Source: a bacterium
GTDB lineage: Bacteria > UBA8248 > JACPRG01 > G963555815
DNA length: 64,000 nucleotides
Reading direction: 5' to 3'
Assembly (NCBI GenBank): GCA_965218795.1
Contig: OZ244653.1
Span: 4,864,001 to 4,928,000, forward strand
The notes beneath the pieces were generated by a model, which searched no databases, had not been told where the DNA came from, and saw only the letters and a program-made list of their open reading frames with translations. Below are positions 17,562 through 27,832 of this stretch, piece by piece (within the stretch, counting starts at the first letter, position 1; every line of letters begins with the position of its first letter). Position numbers and translations under genes: made by a program.

Positions 17562-18326
17562 CTACTGGCCCTGGGTCTGCAGGCGCTCCAGCGACTCCCC
17601 ATAAGTCGGCTTCTTACCCGCGGTGACATCCAGCCGGCGCAGCCGGTGAAAGGCGGCCAGTACCTCGTTGCTCTCGGCGAATCGTGCGATCTCGACGCAG
17701 TACCGTTCAATCTTGTCGCCCGGCAGAGCCCACAGCCCGACGTCATCGGACAGCGTGTCCAGGTAGGCGCGGGCTCCGCAGCACCCCAGACTCAGGGCGG
17801 CCCGATTCGCGTTGATGGCTTGGGGGACAACCGCGCAGGCTGGGCGGCCCATGGCGGGGGGAACCCCGTCGTCCACCCGCTGCACGGCCTCGGCGATGAC
17901 GAGTCCCTGCTGGGAATGGGCGAACAACATCACCACGTCGGGCGGAAGCGGCGTCTCTGCGAGGGGCGCGTAGATGACGTGTTTGACGGCGCGTTGAATC
18001 ACCGGCAGTGCTGCGACTTCGCTCTCGCGCACGTAATCCAGCTCTCCCATCACTTGGAGCGCGGTCTTCAGTTCTGTCTCGAGAGTTTCCGAGGGCGCGG
18101 CCAGATGGTGTGTGTGGACCCCAATCGCGCACAACTCGTGATCGGAAGTGGAAGTGGCCAGGGCGCCCCGGGCCCCCTCCTGCCAGAAAACGCAACCGGC
18201 GGGAACGGCTTCCTGAGGTTCACCCACCCCCTCGGGAACGGTTTCCGATATGCAAATGGCAATCGGCGGATGGGCGAGATGCAGCGAATCTTGCAGTGTC
18301 TGTGCGTGCGTGGCGTAGTCGGTCAT
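17562..18326 (-). CDS. DUF169 domain protein
   Basis: LHLAHPPIAI, GCVFW, CAIG, PDVVMLF, GRPACA and SLGCCGAR pattern. Confidence 0.8.
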   Translation of the reverse strand: MTDYATHAQTLQDSLHLAHPPIAICISETVPEGVGEPQEAVPAGCVFWQEGARGALATSTSDHELCAIGVHTHHLAAPSETLETELKTALQVMGELDYVRESEVAALPVIQRAVKHVIYAPLAETPLPPDVVMLFAHSQQGLVIAEAVQRVDDGVPPAMGRPACAVVPQAINANRAALSLGCCGARAYLDTLSDDVGLWALPGDKIERYCVEIARFAESNEVLAAFHRLRRLDVTAGKKPTYGESLERLQTQGQ

Positions 18327-18493
18327 GAGGGTCCTTTCTTTATGAGTTGTGACAGAGCTTCTGCAACATACCATACTCGCGGCCTGAATCGCTCGGTTTG
18401 CCGCCCTGCTTTCTCACCCGGGGCAAAAACGATATGATTGCTTTTCGTGTGAATCCATCTTGCATTGCATTGACCGTTTCGGAGTCGAATCGA

Positions 18494-20275
18494 ATGTCCC
18501 AACCTGATTCCCGGATCCGTGTGGACCCGATGGACGTCGCCGTCCTTCGGCACAAGATCCTCTATGTATCCGACATGATGGGAAACATCCTCAAGCACTC
18601 AGGGCAATGCTTCATCCTGATGGAGTGCAACGATTTCTCCCCAGGCGTTTTCGATGCCCGGGGCCGGCTTCTGTCCGTCAAGACCTGGATGCCCCTGCAC
18701 GTGGCCGTGGCCAAGGAACAGGTCAGGCCCATCGTCGAGCGATTCAAGGGGAACATTCATCCCGGCGATGTCTTCCTGGCCAACGACCCGTACCTGGCCA
18801 GCGGTTCTCACCTGCCCGACTGGTCCCTCATCCGGCCGGTTTTCTACGAAGACGAGCTGATGTTTTTCACCCTGCTCAAGGGACACATGCAGGACACGGG
18901 GGGCGCATTTCCGGGCGGATACTATCCCGGCGCATACGACATCCACAGCGAAGGGATCCGGATCGATTATGTGAAGATCTACGAACGGGGCGAGCGGCAG
19001 CCCGTCTATGACTTCATCCTGAACAACGTGCGCTGGCCTGACGTGGTCGCCATGGACAATCTGTCCATGATGGGGGCGACCCAGCGCGGAGCGGACGAAT
19101 TGGTCGAGGTCTGCAGGAAGCTGGGGACGGAGAACGCGCGGACGTGCATCGAGGCCCTGCTGGATTCCTCAGAGCAGTCGATGCGCGCCGAAATCGCCGA
19201 AATCCCGGACGGCGCCTATTACGGCGAGCACGCCTGTGATTGGGACGGGACGACCGACAAACCGGTCTGGGTGAGACTCAACCTCACCATCCGGGGGGAC
19301 GAGATGGTCGTCGACTGGTCGGAGAGCGACAGGCAGGTTGACTTCATCAATACGCCCACTGCCGTGGCCCACGCCTGCACCTACATCCCCATCCTCATGT
19401 CGGTCAACCCGGACATCAATTTCAATGCGGGCAGTTGCCGGCCCATCGAGATCATCACGCCCAAGGGGACCGTGGTGAATCCGAGCTACCCGGTCAACAT
19501 CGGAGCTTGCAACAACCATTTGGGAAACGAGCTCATCTTCGCGGTCTTCATGGCTCTGGGAAAGGCGATGCCCCGAAAGGTGAGCGCCATGTGGGCCAAT
19601 CACGTTTCGTTCGTGACGTTTGGGGACGATACGCGAGAGGTGGACCCGGATACCGGAATGTACAAAAGGTTTTTCTTCACCGTTTTCGGTCCGGGCGGGG
19701 GAAGCGGGGCCATCTGGGGCCACGACGGCTGGCCGCATGTGGCCCCCCCGATCATGGCCGGGGGGCTGATGAAGAATACGGTGGAAATTACAGAAATCAT
19801 GACGCCGTGGCGAATCGACCAGTACGGCTTTCTTCAGGACTCCGCAGGGGCGGGCCGATGGCGCGGCGGCCTCGGCACGCACTATGAAATGGTCGACGAT
19901 CACGGCGGCAGGGTCTTCGTCAACACCGGCACCTGCTCGGGACAGAAATTCCGCCCCTTCGGACAGGACGGCGGAAAGGAGGGGATCTATCACGATCTGT
20001 ACTTCGTCAGAGAGGGGGAGCGGATCCCCTTCCGCACCATGTCCCAGGTCCGCTACGAAAACGGCGATATCCTCGTCGGAAAGACAAGCGGGGGCGGAGG
20101 TGTCGGCGATCCCCATGAGAGGCCGGCGGAGCTTGTGCGGGACGATGTTTTGAACGATCTGGTCTCGATCCAGGCGGCTCGGGAGGATTACGGCGTGGTC
20201 ATGGATCCCGACACCCTGGAAGTAGACGGTGAAACCACACAGGAGCTCCGGGCCAGGGGAGGGGACTCGGACTAG
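18494..20275 (+). CDS. Hydantoinase B/oxoprolinase family subunit (no adjacent A subunit)
   Basis: NDPYLASGSHLPD, HMQDTGG, DSAGAGRWRGG and GGGGVGDP motifs. Start placed at MSQPDS. Confidence 0.92.
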   Translation: MSQPDSRIRVDPMDVAVLRHKILYVSDMMGNILKHSGQCFILMECNDFSPGVFDARGRLLSVKTWMPLHVAVAKEQVRPIVERFKGNIHPGDVFLANDPYLASGSHLPDWSLIRPVFYEDELMFFTLLKGHMQDTGGAFPGGYYPGAYDIHSEGIRIDYVKIYERGERQPVYDFILNNVRWPDVVAMDNLSMMGATQRGADELVEVCRKLGTENARTCIEALLDSSEQSMRAEIAEIPDGAYYGEHACDWDGTTDKPVWVRLNLTIRGDEMVVDWSESDRQVDFINTPTAVAHACTYIPILMSVNPDINFNAGSCRPIEIITPKGTVVNPSYPVNIGACNNHLGNELIFAVFMALGKAMPRKVSAMWANHVSFVTFGDDTREVDPDTGMYKRFFFTVFGPGGGSGAIWGHDGWPHVAPPIMAGGLMKNTVEITEIMTPWRIDQYGFLQDSAGAGRWRGGLGTHYEMVDDHGGRVFVNTGTCSGQKFRPFGQDGGKEGIYHDLYFVREGERIPFRTMSQVRYENGDILVGKTSGGGGVGDPHERPAELVRDDVLNDLVSIQAAREDYGVVMDPDTLEVDGETTQELRARGGDSD

Positions 20276-20354
20276 GCCTCTCCCTCCGCTCCGTTCGAAG
20301 TCCCGTGGATCCGGGCTTCCATAGGAAATGATACGCTTGACGAGCCAGGCCTTT

Positions 20355-20545
20355 TGGGGGATTCCCGCCCTCTGACGAAAGCCTTCGGGGATAAGTCCCG
20401 CAGGAATGACAGGCTGTTGTGCGGGGACCTCGTTTGCCATTCCCGCCCCCGATTAAAGCCTTCGAGGGCAGGCTGCAGCGGGAATCCACTCCCTAACTGA
20501 AACACTCGGGGACAAGCCCCCGACTAAAGCCTTCGGGGACAGGCG
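20355..20545. repeat. Cluster of REP/dRS3-like palindromic repeats
   Basis: Three copies of AAAGCCTTCG(G/A)GG(A/G) units, nested in ATTCCCGC...GGAAT arms. Confidence 0.6.
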
Positions 20546-20828
20546 AGATCCGGTCGCCCCTGCGTGCCTCTGGGCAGGGGTCCACATCCCCCTCCCTCTG
20601 CATCCACCGGGGGGCAGGCCAGCGGGAATCCATCTCGACGGAGAAACCGACTTACGCGGCGCCTGACGGTCTCGAGGCGGGGTACGGGTCCACGGCAATC
20701 TCCGGAGAACGATATTCCTGGCCGGTCAAGCGTATCATTCCCATTTTCTTCTTGATCCGATGATCGGCATGTTTGACGCTTTGTATCGGCTTTTTTGTTC
20801 ACGCGTATGGAAAAGAGGAAACATTTGA

Positions 20829-21821
20829 TTGAAGGAGGACGAATCCTACACGTTCCGGGCGGGTGACAAGGATCAGGGGCAAAGGCTGGACATCTTCCTG
20901 GCCATGCACCCGGAGGCCCCGGATTGGTCACGGGCCGGCGTTCAGCGGCTCATTCGGACGCGACAGGTGCGCGTGGAAAGTCCGGGAGTCAAAGGGGCGC
21001 CGGTTGCTGGGTTCGAGGAATCCAGTCGAAAGCAGAAGGCCCCCAGGCCGGGAATGCTCCTCCATGCGGGAGATTGCGTCTTTGTAACGCTTCCCCCTCC
21101 CGAGCCGATGGAGGCCGTGCCGGAGGAAATCCCCCTTGAGGTGCTGTATGAGGACGATCATCTGGTTGTTGTGAACAAGCCCCCCGGCCTGGTCGTTCAT
21201 CCGGCGGCGGGTCATGCGCGGGGGACACTGGTGAATGCCTTGTTGGCTCGAATCCCCGATTTGGCGGGAATCGGAGGAAAGGTTCGTCCCGGCCTCGTCC
21301 ATAGGCTGGATAAGGACACCTCCGGGCTGATGGTGGCCGCAAAAAACGAGCGGACGCTGAAATCCCTGCAATCGGCGTTACAACAAAGACGAATCGGACG
21401 TCTTTACCGGGCGCTCGCCTGGGGGAGGTTTCCTGAGGAGGGGCGGGTCGAAGGAGATATTGGCCGGCATCCGCTCCACCGAAAGAAAATGGCCGTGGTG
21501 GAGGGGGGGAAACCCTCTGTGACGCACTTTCGTGTGCTGGAGCGGTTCGGTCAGCGGGTCCTGCTGGAGGTCCGTCTGGAAACCGGACGTACGCATCAGA
21601 TTCGCGTTCATCTGGCGCACCGGGGAACGCCTGTGATCGGAGACAAGGTGTACGGCGTTTCCCACCGGGGGGACCCGCCCATGGACCGGCAGGCCCTTCA
21701 CGCCTATCGGTTGACGTTCGATCATCCCGCAACCGGACAGCCTTTGGGATTCGAGGCGCCTCCGCCCGGGGATTTTCAACAGGCCCTTGATTTTCTTCGG
21801 TCGAAGGGTCCGGCCGACTGA
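20829..21821 (+). CDS. rluD: RluA/RluD family 23S rRNA pseudouridine synthase
   Basis: S4-like N-terminus, VNKPPGLVVHP, VHRLDKDTSG, ETGRTHQIRVH and QALHA motifs. Confidence 0.9.
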   Translation: MKEDESYTFRAGDKDQGQRLDIFLAMHPEAPDWSRAGVQRLIRTRQVRVESPGVKGAPVAGFEESSRKQKAPRPGMLLHAGDCVFVTLPPPEPMEAVPEEIPLEVLYEDDHLVVVNKPPGLVVHPAAGHARGTLVNALLARIPDLAGIGGKVRPGLVHRLDKDTSGLMVAAKNERTLKSLQSALQQRRIGRLYRALAWGRFPEEGRVEGDIGRHPLHRKKMAVVEGGKPSVTHFRVLERFGQRVLLEVRLETGRTHQIRVHLAHRGTPVIGDKVYGVSHRGDPPMDRQALHAYRLTFDHPATGQPLGFEAPPPGDFQQALDFLRSKGPAD

Positions 21822-21889
21822 CGCTTCGGCGGGATGACGGGGATCAGCCCAATTGAATATCGGGACATCCGAGAGGAACAGAGCGGTTT

Positions 21890-22328
21890 CCAACCCTGAT
21901 AAGGACCCGGGGGCATTTTCCCCGCCCGTTCTCCTGCATTGCAGGAACCCGGAGTCCGCCGATGCGGTCCACCGAGTGGAAGTGTTCGGTCCGGTGGCGA
22001 CCGTAATGGGATTTGCGGACGCGGAATCGGCCATCCGGCTCGCCCGGATGGGGGGAGTCCGGCGGCTTCCGTTTTCAGCGAGGACGAAGAATTCGTTCAC
22101 ACCCTCACGTTCGGCATGGCCCCTTACCACGGCCGGCTGATGGTCACGAACGAGGCGGGGTCCAGGGAATCCACGCGGCACGGTACAGCGATGCCCCAGT
22201 TGGTCCACGGCGGACCGGGCCGCGCGGGCGGCGAGGAGCTCGGCGGGCTCCGCTGCGTTCACCGGTTCACGTTGCGCGCGGCCCTGCAAGGGAGCCCGGA
22301 GAGGCTTGAGGCGCTTTGCTCGGGATGA
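21890..22328 (+). pseudogene. C-terminal fragment of a BoxD/PaaZ-type aldehyde dehydrogenase, frameshifted
   Basis: VHRVEVFGPVAT...ARMGG, a frameshift in the G6 run near 22050, then GSPAASVFS...HGRL...HGTAMPQLVHGGPGRAGGEELGG...QGSP. Confidence 0.8.
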
Positions 22329-22499
22329 GAATGGATGAGGGCGGACACGGCCTGCTTCGGTCTCGCCGGGCATAGGATTCGGATGATCCCCGATGCTTTC
22401 GTCCGGCCCGGCTGAGGCGCGTCGCCTCAGCCGCGAAATCGCAGGGGCGCATTGCCCCCAAAGAGCGCCCCCGGAAGATGAGGCATTTCTCTATCGAAA

Positions 22500-22688
22500 T
22501 CATTTTTTCGGTTCAATCACTTCAATGTATCGTTTCTCCAGTGCCTCCGCTTCATCGACCAGCACCTGAAGCCGTTCACGATCCTCCGGCGTCTTGGAGA
22601 AATCCTCCTTGTACAGTTGAAGCTGTGCGATGAGGCTCTTCAGTTGTGACTGAATCGCGGTTCGGGCGGTGTCCCTGCGCTTGCTCAT
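22500..22688 (-). CDS. Small helical hypothetical protein (62 aa)
   Basis: GGAG RBS before the ATG and a coiled-coil-like composition. Confidence 0.55.
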   Translation of the reverse strand: MSKRRDTARTAIQSQLKSLIAQLQLYKEDFSKTPEDRERLQVLVDEAEALEKRYIEVIEPKK

Positions 22689-22825
22689 GGCGTTCTCCGG
22701 CTCCTGGAGATCTTGTCCGGATCATCGTTTCCGTTGGTCCGTTCATTCATCATAAGCCTCCGGGCGGCCCGTGTCTTGGCCCTCGGGGATGCCGGTCCAT
22801 TGCCGTTGGGGGATGACGCGGGCTG

Positions 22826-23692
22826 TTGGCGGTGAAACCGGCCTCCTGCGACGCCCCGTCACCTGAAGGAACACGGGTATTGCTGATTCCGGATTTCGAA
22901 ACCGGTCTGTATCTGGATGAGTTTCCATATCTCCGGATAGGCCGGGGGGCCGGGAAACTTGTCGTTCTCCCGGGACTCGGCGACGGCCTTCAGGACGTTC
23001 GGAAGGGACCGCGGAGGACCGCCTGGTTTTACCGAAGGTATACCCGCGATTTCACAGTCTTCCTCGTCAGCCGGCGGCGCGGGCTGCATGACGGAATGAC
23101 CATTGGCCTCATGGCGGATGATTACGCCCGCGTGATGACGGAATGCATCGGCCCGGCCAGCGTCATGGGCATCTCGATGGGAGGGCTCATCGCCGAGGAC
23201 TTGGCGGCGGAATGCCCCCATCTCGTTCGCCGCCTGGTTCTGGCGGCCACGGCCCACCGCGCGGGTCCCAACGGTGAAGAGCTTGGAGGGCGTTGGATCG
23301 CCTGGGCCAGGGAGGGGAGATGGCCGGACGTCTGCCGGGAACTCGCCGAGGTCACCTTCAACGGCTGCCGGAAGGGGCTCTACACGCGGCGGCTGCCGCT
23401 GCTCGTTCGATGCAAGGGCCAAAAACCGGCAAATCCGGCCGACTTCGCCACATCCGTCCGGGCCTGCCTGACGCACGATGCCGCGGAACGGCTCTCCTCC
23501 ATTCAGGCCCCCACGCTGGTCATCGCCGGAACGCGGGACGGGTTTTTCCCCGAAGTCCTGATCCGGGAGATGGCGAAGCATATTCCCGATGTTCAGGTTT
23601 TCTTGATGGAAGGTACGGGTCACGGCCTGTTTGTGGAACGGAAACGCAGATTCGACCGCATCGTTGCAGCGTTTCTGAGCGACCGCGCTTGA
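22826..23692 (+). CDS. Alpha/beta fold hydrolase
   Basis: GISMGG nucleophile elbow, GTRD acid and GHG His. The exact start is uncertain. Confidence 0.88.
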   Translation: MAVKPASCDAPSPEGTRVLLIPDFETGLYLDEFPYLRIGRGAGKLVVLPGLGDGLQDVRKGPRRTAWFYRRYTRDFTVFLVSRRRGLHDGMTIGLMADDYARVMTECIGPASVMGISMGGLIAEDLAAECPHLVRRLVLAATAHRAGPNGEELGGRWIAWAREGRWPDVCRELAEVTFNGCRKGLYTRRLPLLVRCKGQKPANPADFATSVRACLTHDAAERLSSIQAPTLVIAGTRDGFFPEVLIREMAKHIPDVQVFLMEGTGHGLFVERKRRFDRIVAAFLSDRA

Positions 23693-23867
23693 TGCAGGCA
23701 TGGTCCGATTTTCGTGTCCATATACGGACCCGCCAAGCCTGGGTCCGTGCAGATCCGGGCCATTTTCACCTTGACCACCAGCTTTTCCATTCTCTAGACT
23801 AATTGATTATGGGATACTCTTGACAACGTGAAACCCCCGTGGTTCGGACCGACCAGGAGGAATCTCG

Positions 23868-24911
23868 ATGCAGGAAGGCGCGCTTTGGCCGGTGCTTCGA
23901 GAGTACTGGCACCCGGTCGCCTTTGCCGACGACCTGAATGACGGGCCGATTTCCGTCCATCTCCTGGATGAGCGGGTGGCCGTTTGCCGGCTGGGGGACG
24001 ACGTCAAGGCCTTCTATGACCTGTGCATCCACCGGGGAACCCCGCTCTCGCTGGGCTGGGTCGACGGGGACCAGCTCGTCTGCGCCTACCACGGCTGGAG
24101 CTATACGGGAGACGGCAGATGCACGCGGATTCCGTCCGTTCCTGATGAGCATCCGATTCCCAAGAAGGCGTGCCTGACCCCTTATCACGCCGCCGAGCGC
24201 TACGGCCTCGTCTGGGTCTGCATGGCGGATGAGCCAAGGGCCCCCATCCCTGATTTCCCGGAATACGGCGACCCCGATTGCACCATCTTCTTTCGGCAAA
24301 GGAAGCACTGGGGCTGCACCGCGGCCCGGTCCATCGAGAATTTCGTCGACTTCGGGCACTTCCCCTGGGTGCATGAGGGGATCCTGGGCGATCGCGCAGA
24401 ATCGCTTGTCGATCTAGTGGAGATCCGGCGCGAGGAGGAATCTCTTCTATTCGGAATCCAGAACATCCCCGACGCCCTCCATGCCGTTTCCCATTCGCGA
24501 AACTACCGGCTGACCCGGCCGTTTACGATTTACCAATGGAAGATTGAAGAGAGCGGACAGAGGGAAGTCTACTTCTATTGCAATACGCCCCATACGAAAC
24601 AGAGTTGCACGCGATATCTGATCGTGGGCCGGAACTACGACCTGGACGCCCCGGAGATCACCCGGGGGCCGTTCAAGATCGAGGGAGATCGACTCCAATC
24701 GGAGCGGAACGGCGGGGGCGCGCCGATTCCGCACTACGTGCAAAGGCTGGATATCATCGCGGACCAGGATCAGCCGATTGTCGAGAACCAGCGGCCTTGG
24801 GAGCTGCCGCTGGATCTCGCGGAGGAGCTTCATCTCAAAGGTCCGGATGCCGTCGCCGTTGCGTACCGGCGTTTCATGCGGGAGTTGGGCGTTGATGTGG
24901 ATGAGGCCTAG
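23868..24911 (+). CDS. Rieske non-heme iron oxygenase alpha subunit (VanA/NdmA-like demethylase group)
   Basis: YWHPVA, Rieske CIHRG...CAYHGW and mononuclear Fe ENFVDFGHFPWVH...DQD motifs. Confidence 0.92.
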   Translation: MQEGALWPVLREYWHPVAFADDLNDGPISVHLLDERVAVCRLGDDVKAFYDLCIHRGTPLSLGWVDGDQLVCAYHGWSYTGDGRCTRIPSVPDEHPIPKKACLTPYHAAERYGLVWVCMADEPRAPIPDFPEYGDPDCTIFFRQRKHWGCTAARSIENFVDFGHFPWVHEGILGDRAESLVDLVEIRREEESLLFGIQNIPDALHAVSHSRNYRLTRPFTIYQWKIEESGQREVYFYCNTPHTKQSCTRYLIVGRNYDLDAPEITRGPFKIEGDRLQSERNGGGAPIPHYVQRLDIIADQDQPIVENQRPWELPLDLAEELHLKGPDAVAVAYRRFMRELGVDVDEA

Positions 24912-24972
24912 TCAGGGGACGGACGCCCGGCTTCGGCTTCCGGCAGGTCGAGTATTTCATGGAGGGTGGAAA

Positions 24973-26034
24973 ATGAGAGGACGATTAACGTTTCGGGTGG
25001 CTTTTCTGTTTCTGGCCTTGTCCGCGTTCGTGTTTTCGCGGGCGGGCACTGCGTCAGCCGAGAAGGTGACGCTTGCCTTCGACTGGCTGACGTACGGGAA
25101 GATGGCGCCTTTCTACACCGGAAACACCCAGGGGTTCTATAAGAAGGAAAACCTGGAAGTCAAAATGGTCCGGGGGTTCGGGTCCATTGACACGGCCAAG
25201 CGCGTCGGGGCCAAGCAGCTGGAGTTCGGGATGAGCACCCTGACCGACACCATCGAGATCCGCACGCGCGGCAGTAAAGTCAAGACGATTTGGATCTTTT
25301 TCCACGACACCCCGGGCGTTGTGCTCTTCCTCAAGGGGAAGGGGATCAACAAACCCAAGGACCTCGAAGGACGGACCATCGGCGGACCCCTGGCGACGGA
25401 TTCATGGGTGCTGTTTCCGCTCTTTGCCAAGGCGCAGGGAATCGACCTGGCCAAGGTGAAACACATCAACATGCGGCCCTCGGACGTCTATCCGGCGCTG
25501 GCGGGCGGCAGGGTCGATTCCGTCCACAGTTGGGTCACGGTCATCCCGGCGGTGTCGCGGATCATCAAGCAGAAAGGGATGAGCGAGAAAGACCTTGGCA
25601 TGTTCCGGTATGTGGAAGGCGGCGTGAGTCTCTACTCTCAGGATGTTGTGGCCCATGAAGACACGATCAATAACAATCCGGACTTGGTCAGGCGCATGGT
25701 TCGCGCGCTCACGCGGTCGAAGGTCTGGTCCATCGAGAATCCCGAGGGGGCGCTGGAGGCCTTTTGGAAGACGAAACCGGCGCTGAAGGCCACCTCCGCA
25801 GCGGCCAACCGGGCGGAGCTCAAAGTGAGCATGGCCCTCTTCAAGGACAAGTACGTAGAGAAGTTTGGGCAGGGGTTCCCGGTCCGGGAGAAGGTGGTCT
25901 TCACCCAAAATGCTTTCACTGATGCCAAGGGCCTGCCGAAGGAGCCCGTGGACAACATCTATACCGACAAATTTGTCAAGGGTCTGTCCAAGGCGGACAA
26001 GTTCCCGAAGAAATGGGGGGTGTTCAAGAACTAA
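24973..26034 (+). CDS. NMT1/THI5-like ABC substrate-binding protein
   Basis: Signal peptide, DWLTYGKMAPFY...GFYKKENLEV..RGFGS and KPKDLEGRTIG. Confidence 0.88.
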   Translation: MRGRLTFRVAFLFLALSAFVFSRAGTASAEKVTLAFDWLTYGKMAPFYTGNTQGFYKKENLEVKMVRGFGSIDTAKRVGAKQLEFGMSTLTDTIEIRTRGSKVKTIWIFFHDTPGVVLFLKGKGINKPKDLEGRTIGGPLATDSWVLFPLFAKAQGIDLAKVKHINMRPSDVYPALAGGRVDSVHSWVTVIPAVSRIIKQKGMSEKDLGMFRYVEGGVSLYSQDVVAHEDTINNNPDLVRRMVRALTRSKVWSIENPEGALEAFWKTKPALKATSAAANRAELKVSMALFKDKYVEKFGQGFPVREKVVFTQNAFTDAKGLPKEPVDNIYTDKFVKGLSKADKFPKKWGVFKN

Positions 26035-26145
26035 TTCAGAGAAGAGCTTAGGGATGTTGAAATGGAGGGCTTTCCGGCCGCCCGGTGAATCGGCGCGGGC
26101 GGCCGGGAAACTCCTCCTTTGCCCTTTCGGGAGAGTGGCGCGCTG

Positions 26146-26928
26146 ATGTCCAATCGAAAGTTCATCCTGCCGATCGTCTTCTTCGTAGTCAGTGTTCTTT
26201 TGTGGGAAGGTGTCGTCCGGTTTTTTGGCGTGCCGGAATTCATATTTCCTACGCCGAGCAAGGTCGTCAAGTTTTACTACGAGCTCGGGTATACCCTGAT
26301 GTGGGACACGGTGGCGACGGTCTCAGAAACCTTGCTAGGGTTTGCGCTCGCCGCGGTGCTCGGTGTTCTGCTGGCGATTGCGCTGGTCTATTCCTCTTTT
26401 CTGTATGATTTGATGTATCCGCCCCTGGTGGTGCTTCAGGTTACGCCCAAGATTGCCATCGCGCCCCTGCTCCTCCTGTGGTTCGGGTATGGCTACCTGC
26501 CGAAGATCATGATCGGCTTCTTCATCTCTTTCTTTCCCGTTGTCGTCACGACCGTCCACGGGTTGACCTCGGTCGAGCCCGAGATGCTGGATCTGCTCCA
26601 CTCGCTGCGGGCGAGCAAGTGGAAGATCTTCCGGAAGGCCCGAATTCCCCACGCCCTGCCGTACATGTTCAGCGGGTTCCAGATCGCGATCACCCTGTCG
26701 CTCATCGGGGCGATCGTGGCGGAGTTCGTCGGCGCCGAGCTCGGGCTGGGCTTCAAGATCGTGTACTCCCAGTATTCGGCCAACACGCCGATGCTCTTCT
26801 CGGCCCTGGGCCTGCTCGCGGTCGCTGGGTTGATTCTCTTCTATCTGGTTCAGTTGATAGAGCGCCTGGCGACTCCCTGGCGGACGCTGAAAAAGGAAAA
26901 AGAGTTCGGGGCGACGGGCTTCCTGTAG
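26146..26928 (+). CDS. ABC transporter permease (SsuC/TauC type)
   Basis: FPTPS, PKIAIAPLLLLWFG, EAA-like loop and AEFVGAELGLG motifs. Confidence 0.92.
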   Translation: MSNRKFILPIVFFVVSVLLWEGVVRFFGVPEFIFPTPSKVVKFYYELGYTLMWDTVATVSETLLGFALAAVLGVLLAIALVYSSFLYDLMYPPLVVLQVTPKIAIAPLLLLWFGYGYLPKIMIGFFISFFPVVVTTVHGLTSVEPEMLDLLHSLRASKWKIFRKARIPHALPYMFSGFQIAITLSLIGAIVAEFVGAELGLGFKIVYSQYSANTPMLFSALGLLAVAGLILFYLVQLIERLATPWRTLKKEKEFGATGFL

Positions 26929-26968
26929 GTCCTTACATCCGGATGGATGGGTTCTCTGTTGCAATGAG

Positions 26969-27778
26969 GTGAGAATCGTCGTGGCGGGACGAGCCGTCAT
27001 CGAGCTTGAAAAGGTCAAGATGCTCTACGAATCCAAGGTGGCGCGCCGGGAGGCCGTCTTGGCCCTGGAGGATGCGTCGTTCGACGTCCGGGAAGGGGAA
27101 TTCGTGGCGCTCGTGGGTCCCAGCGGCTGCGGCAAGAGCACGATCCTCAAGCTCGTCTCCGGGCTGATGCCTCCCACCGCGGGAGCCGTCCGGGTGAACG
27201 GACATGAGGTGCGGGGCCCCCAGCCGGACCTCGGGATCGTTTTTCAGATGCCGGTCCTGATGGAATGGAGGCGCGTCATCGATAACATCCTCCTGCCCAT
27301 CGAGGTCCTGGAATACAACGATACCGATTACAAGAACCGGGCCCAGGACCTGGTGGACCTGGTCGGCCTCCGGGGGTTCGAGGACCGTTACCCCTTCGAG
27401 CTCTCCGGCGGGATGCAGCAGCGGGTCTCGATCTGCCGCTCTCTTATTCACGACCCGCCCGGGCTCATCATGGACGAGCCCTTCAGCGCGCTCGACGAGA
27501 TGACCCGGGATCATATGAACGTCGAGCTTCAGCGTATCTGGCTCGAGCGAAGGAAAACCGTCCTGTACATCACGCACAGCATCAGCGAGTCGGTCTTCCT
27601 GGCCGACAGGGTGGCCGTGATGTCGCCGCGTCCGGGGCGCATCCTGAAGGTTGTCGATATCCGGTTCCCTCGTCCCAGGAGCCTTCGGGTGCGAGCTACG
27701 CAGGAGTTCGTGGAGAAGGTGGAGAATATCCGCGAGATGCTGGGGTTGAACGAGGAGCCGGGGGGAGCGGAAGGATAA
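26969..27778 (+). CDS. ABC transporter ATP-binding protein (SsuB/TauB type)
   Basis: GPSGCGKST, LSGGMQQR, MDEPFSALD and ITHS motifs. Confidence 0.95.
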   Translation: MRIVVAGRAVIELEKVKMLYESKVARREAVLALEDASFDVREGEFVALVGPSGCGKSTILKLVSGLMPPTAGAVRVNGHEVRGPQPDLGIVFQMPVLMEWRRVIDNILLPIEVLEYNDTDYKNRAQDLVDLVGLRGFEDRYPFELSGGMQQRVSICRSLIHDPPGLIMDEPFSALDEMTRDHMNVELQRIWLERRKTVLYITHSISESVFLADRVAVMSPRPGRILKVVDIRFPRPRSLRVRATQEFVEKVENIREMLGLNEEPGGAEG

Positions 27779-27832
27779 CCCCCTCTCCGAATCCCGGAAA
27801 AATCGAGATACACAGCGGCGGCCGCCGCGGCC

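Noticed and set aside
20355-20545. Possible CRISPR array
   Set aside because: The repeats are degenerate, irregularly spaced and palindromically nested, with no unique equal-length spacers and no cas genes.
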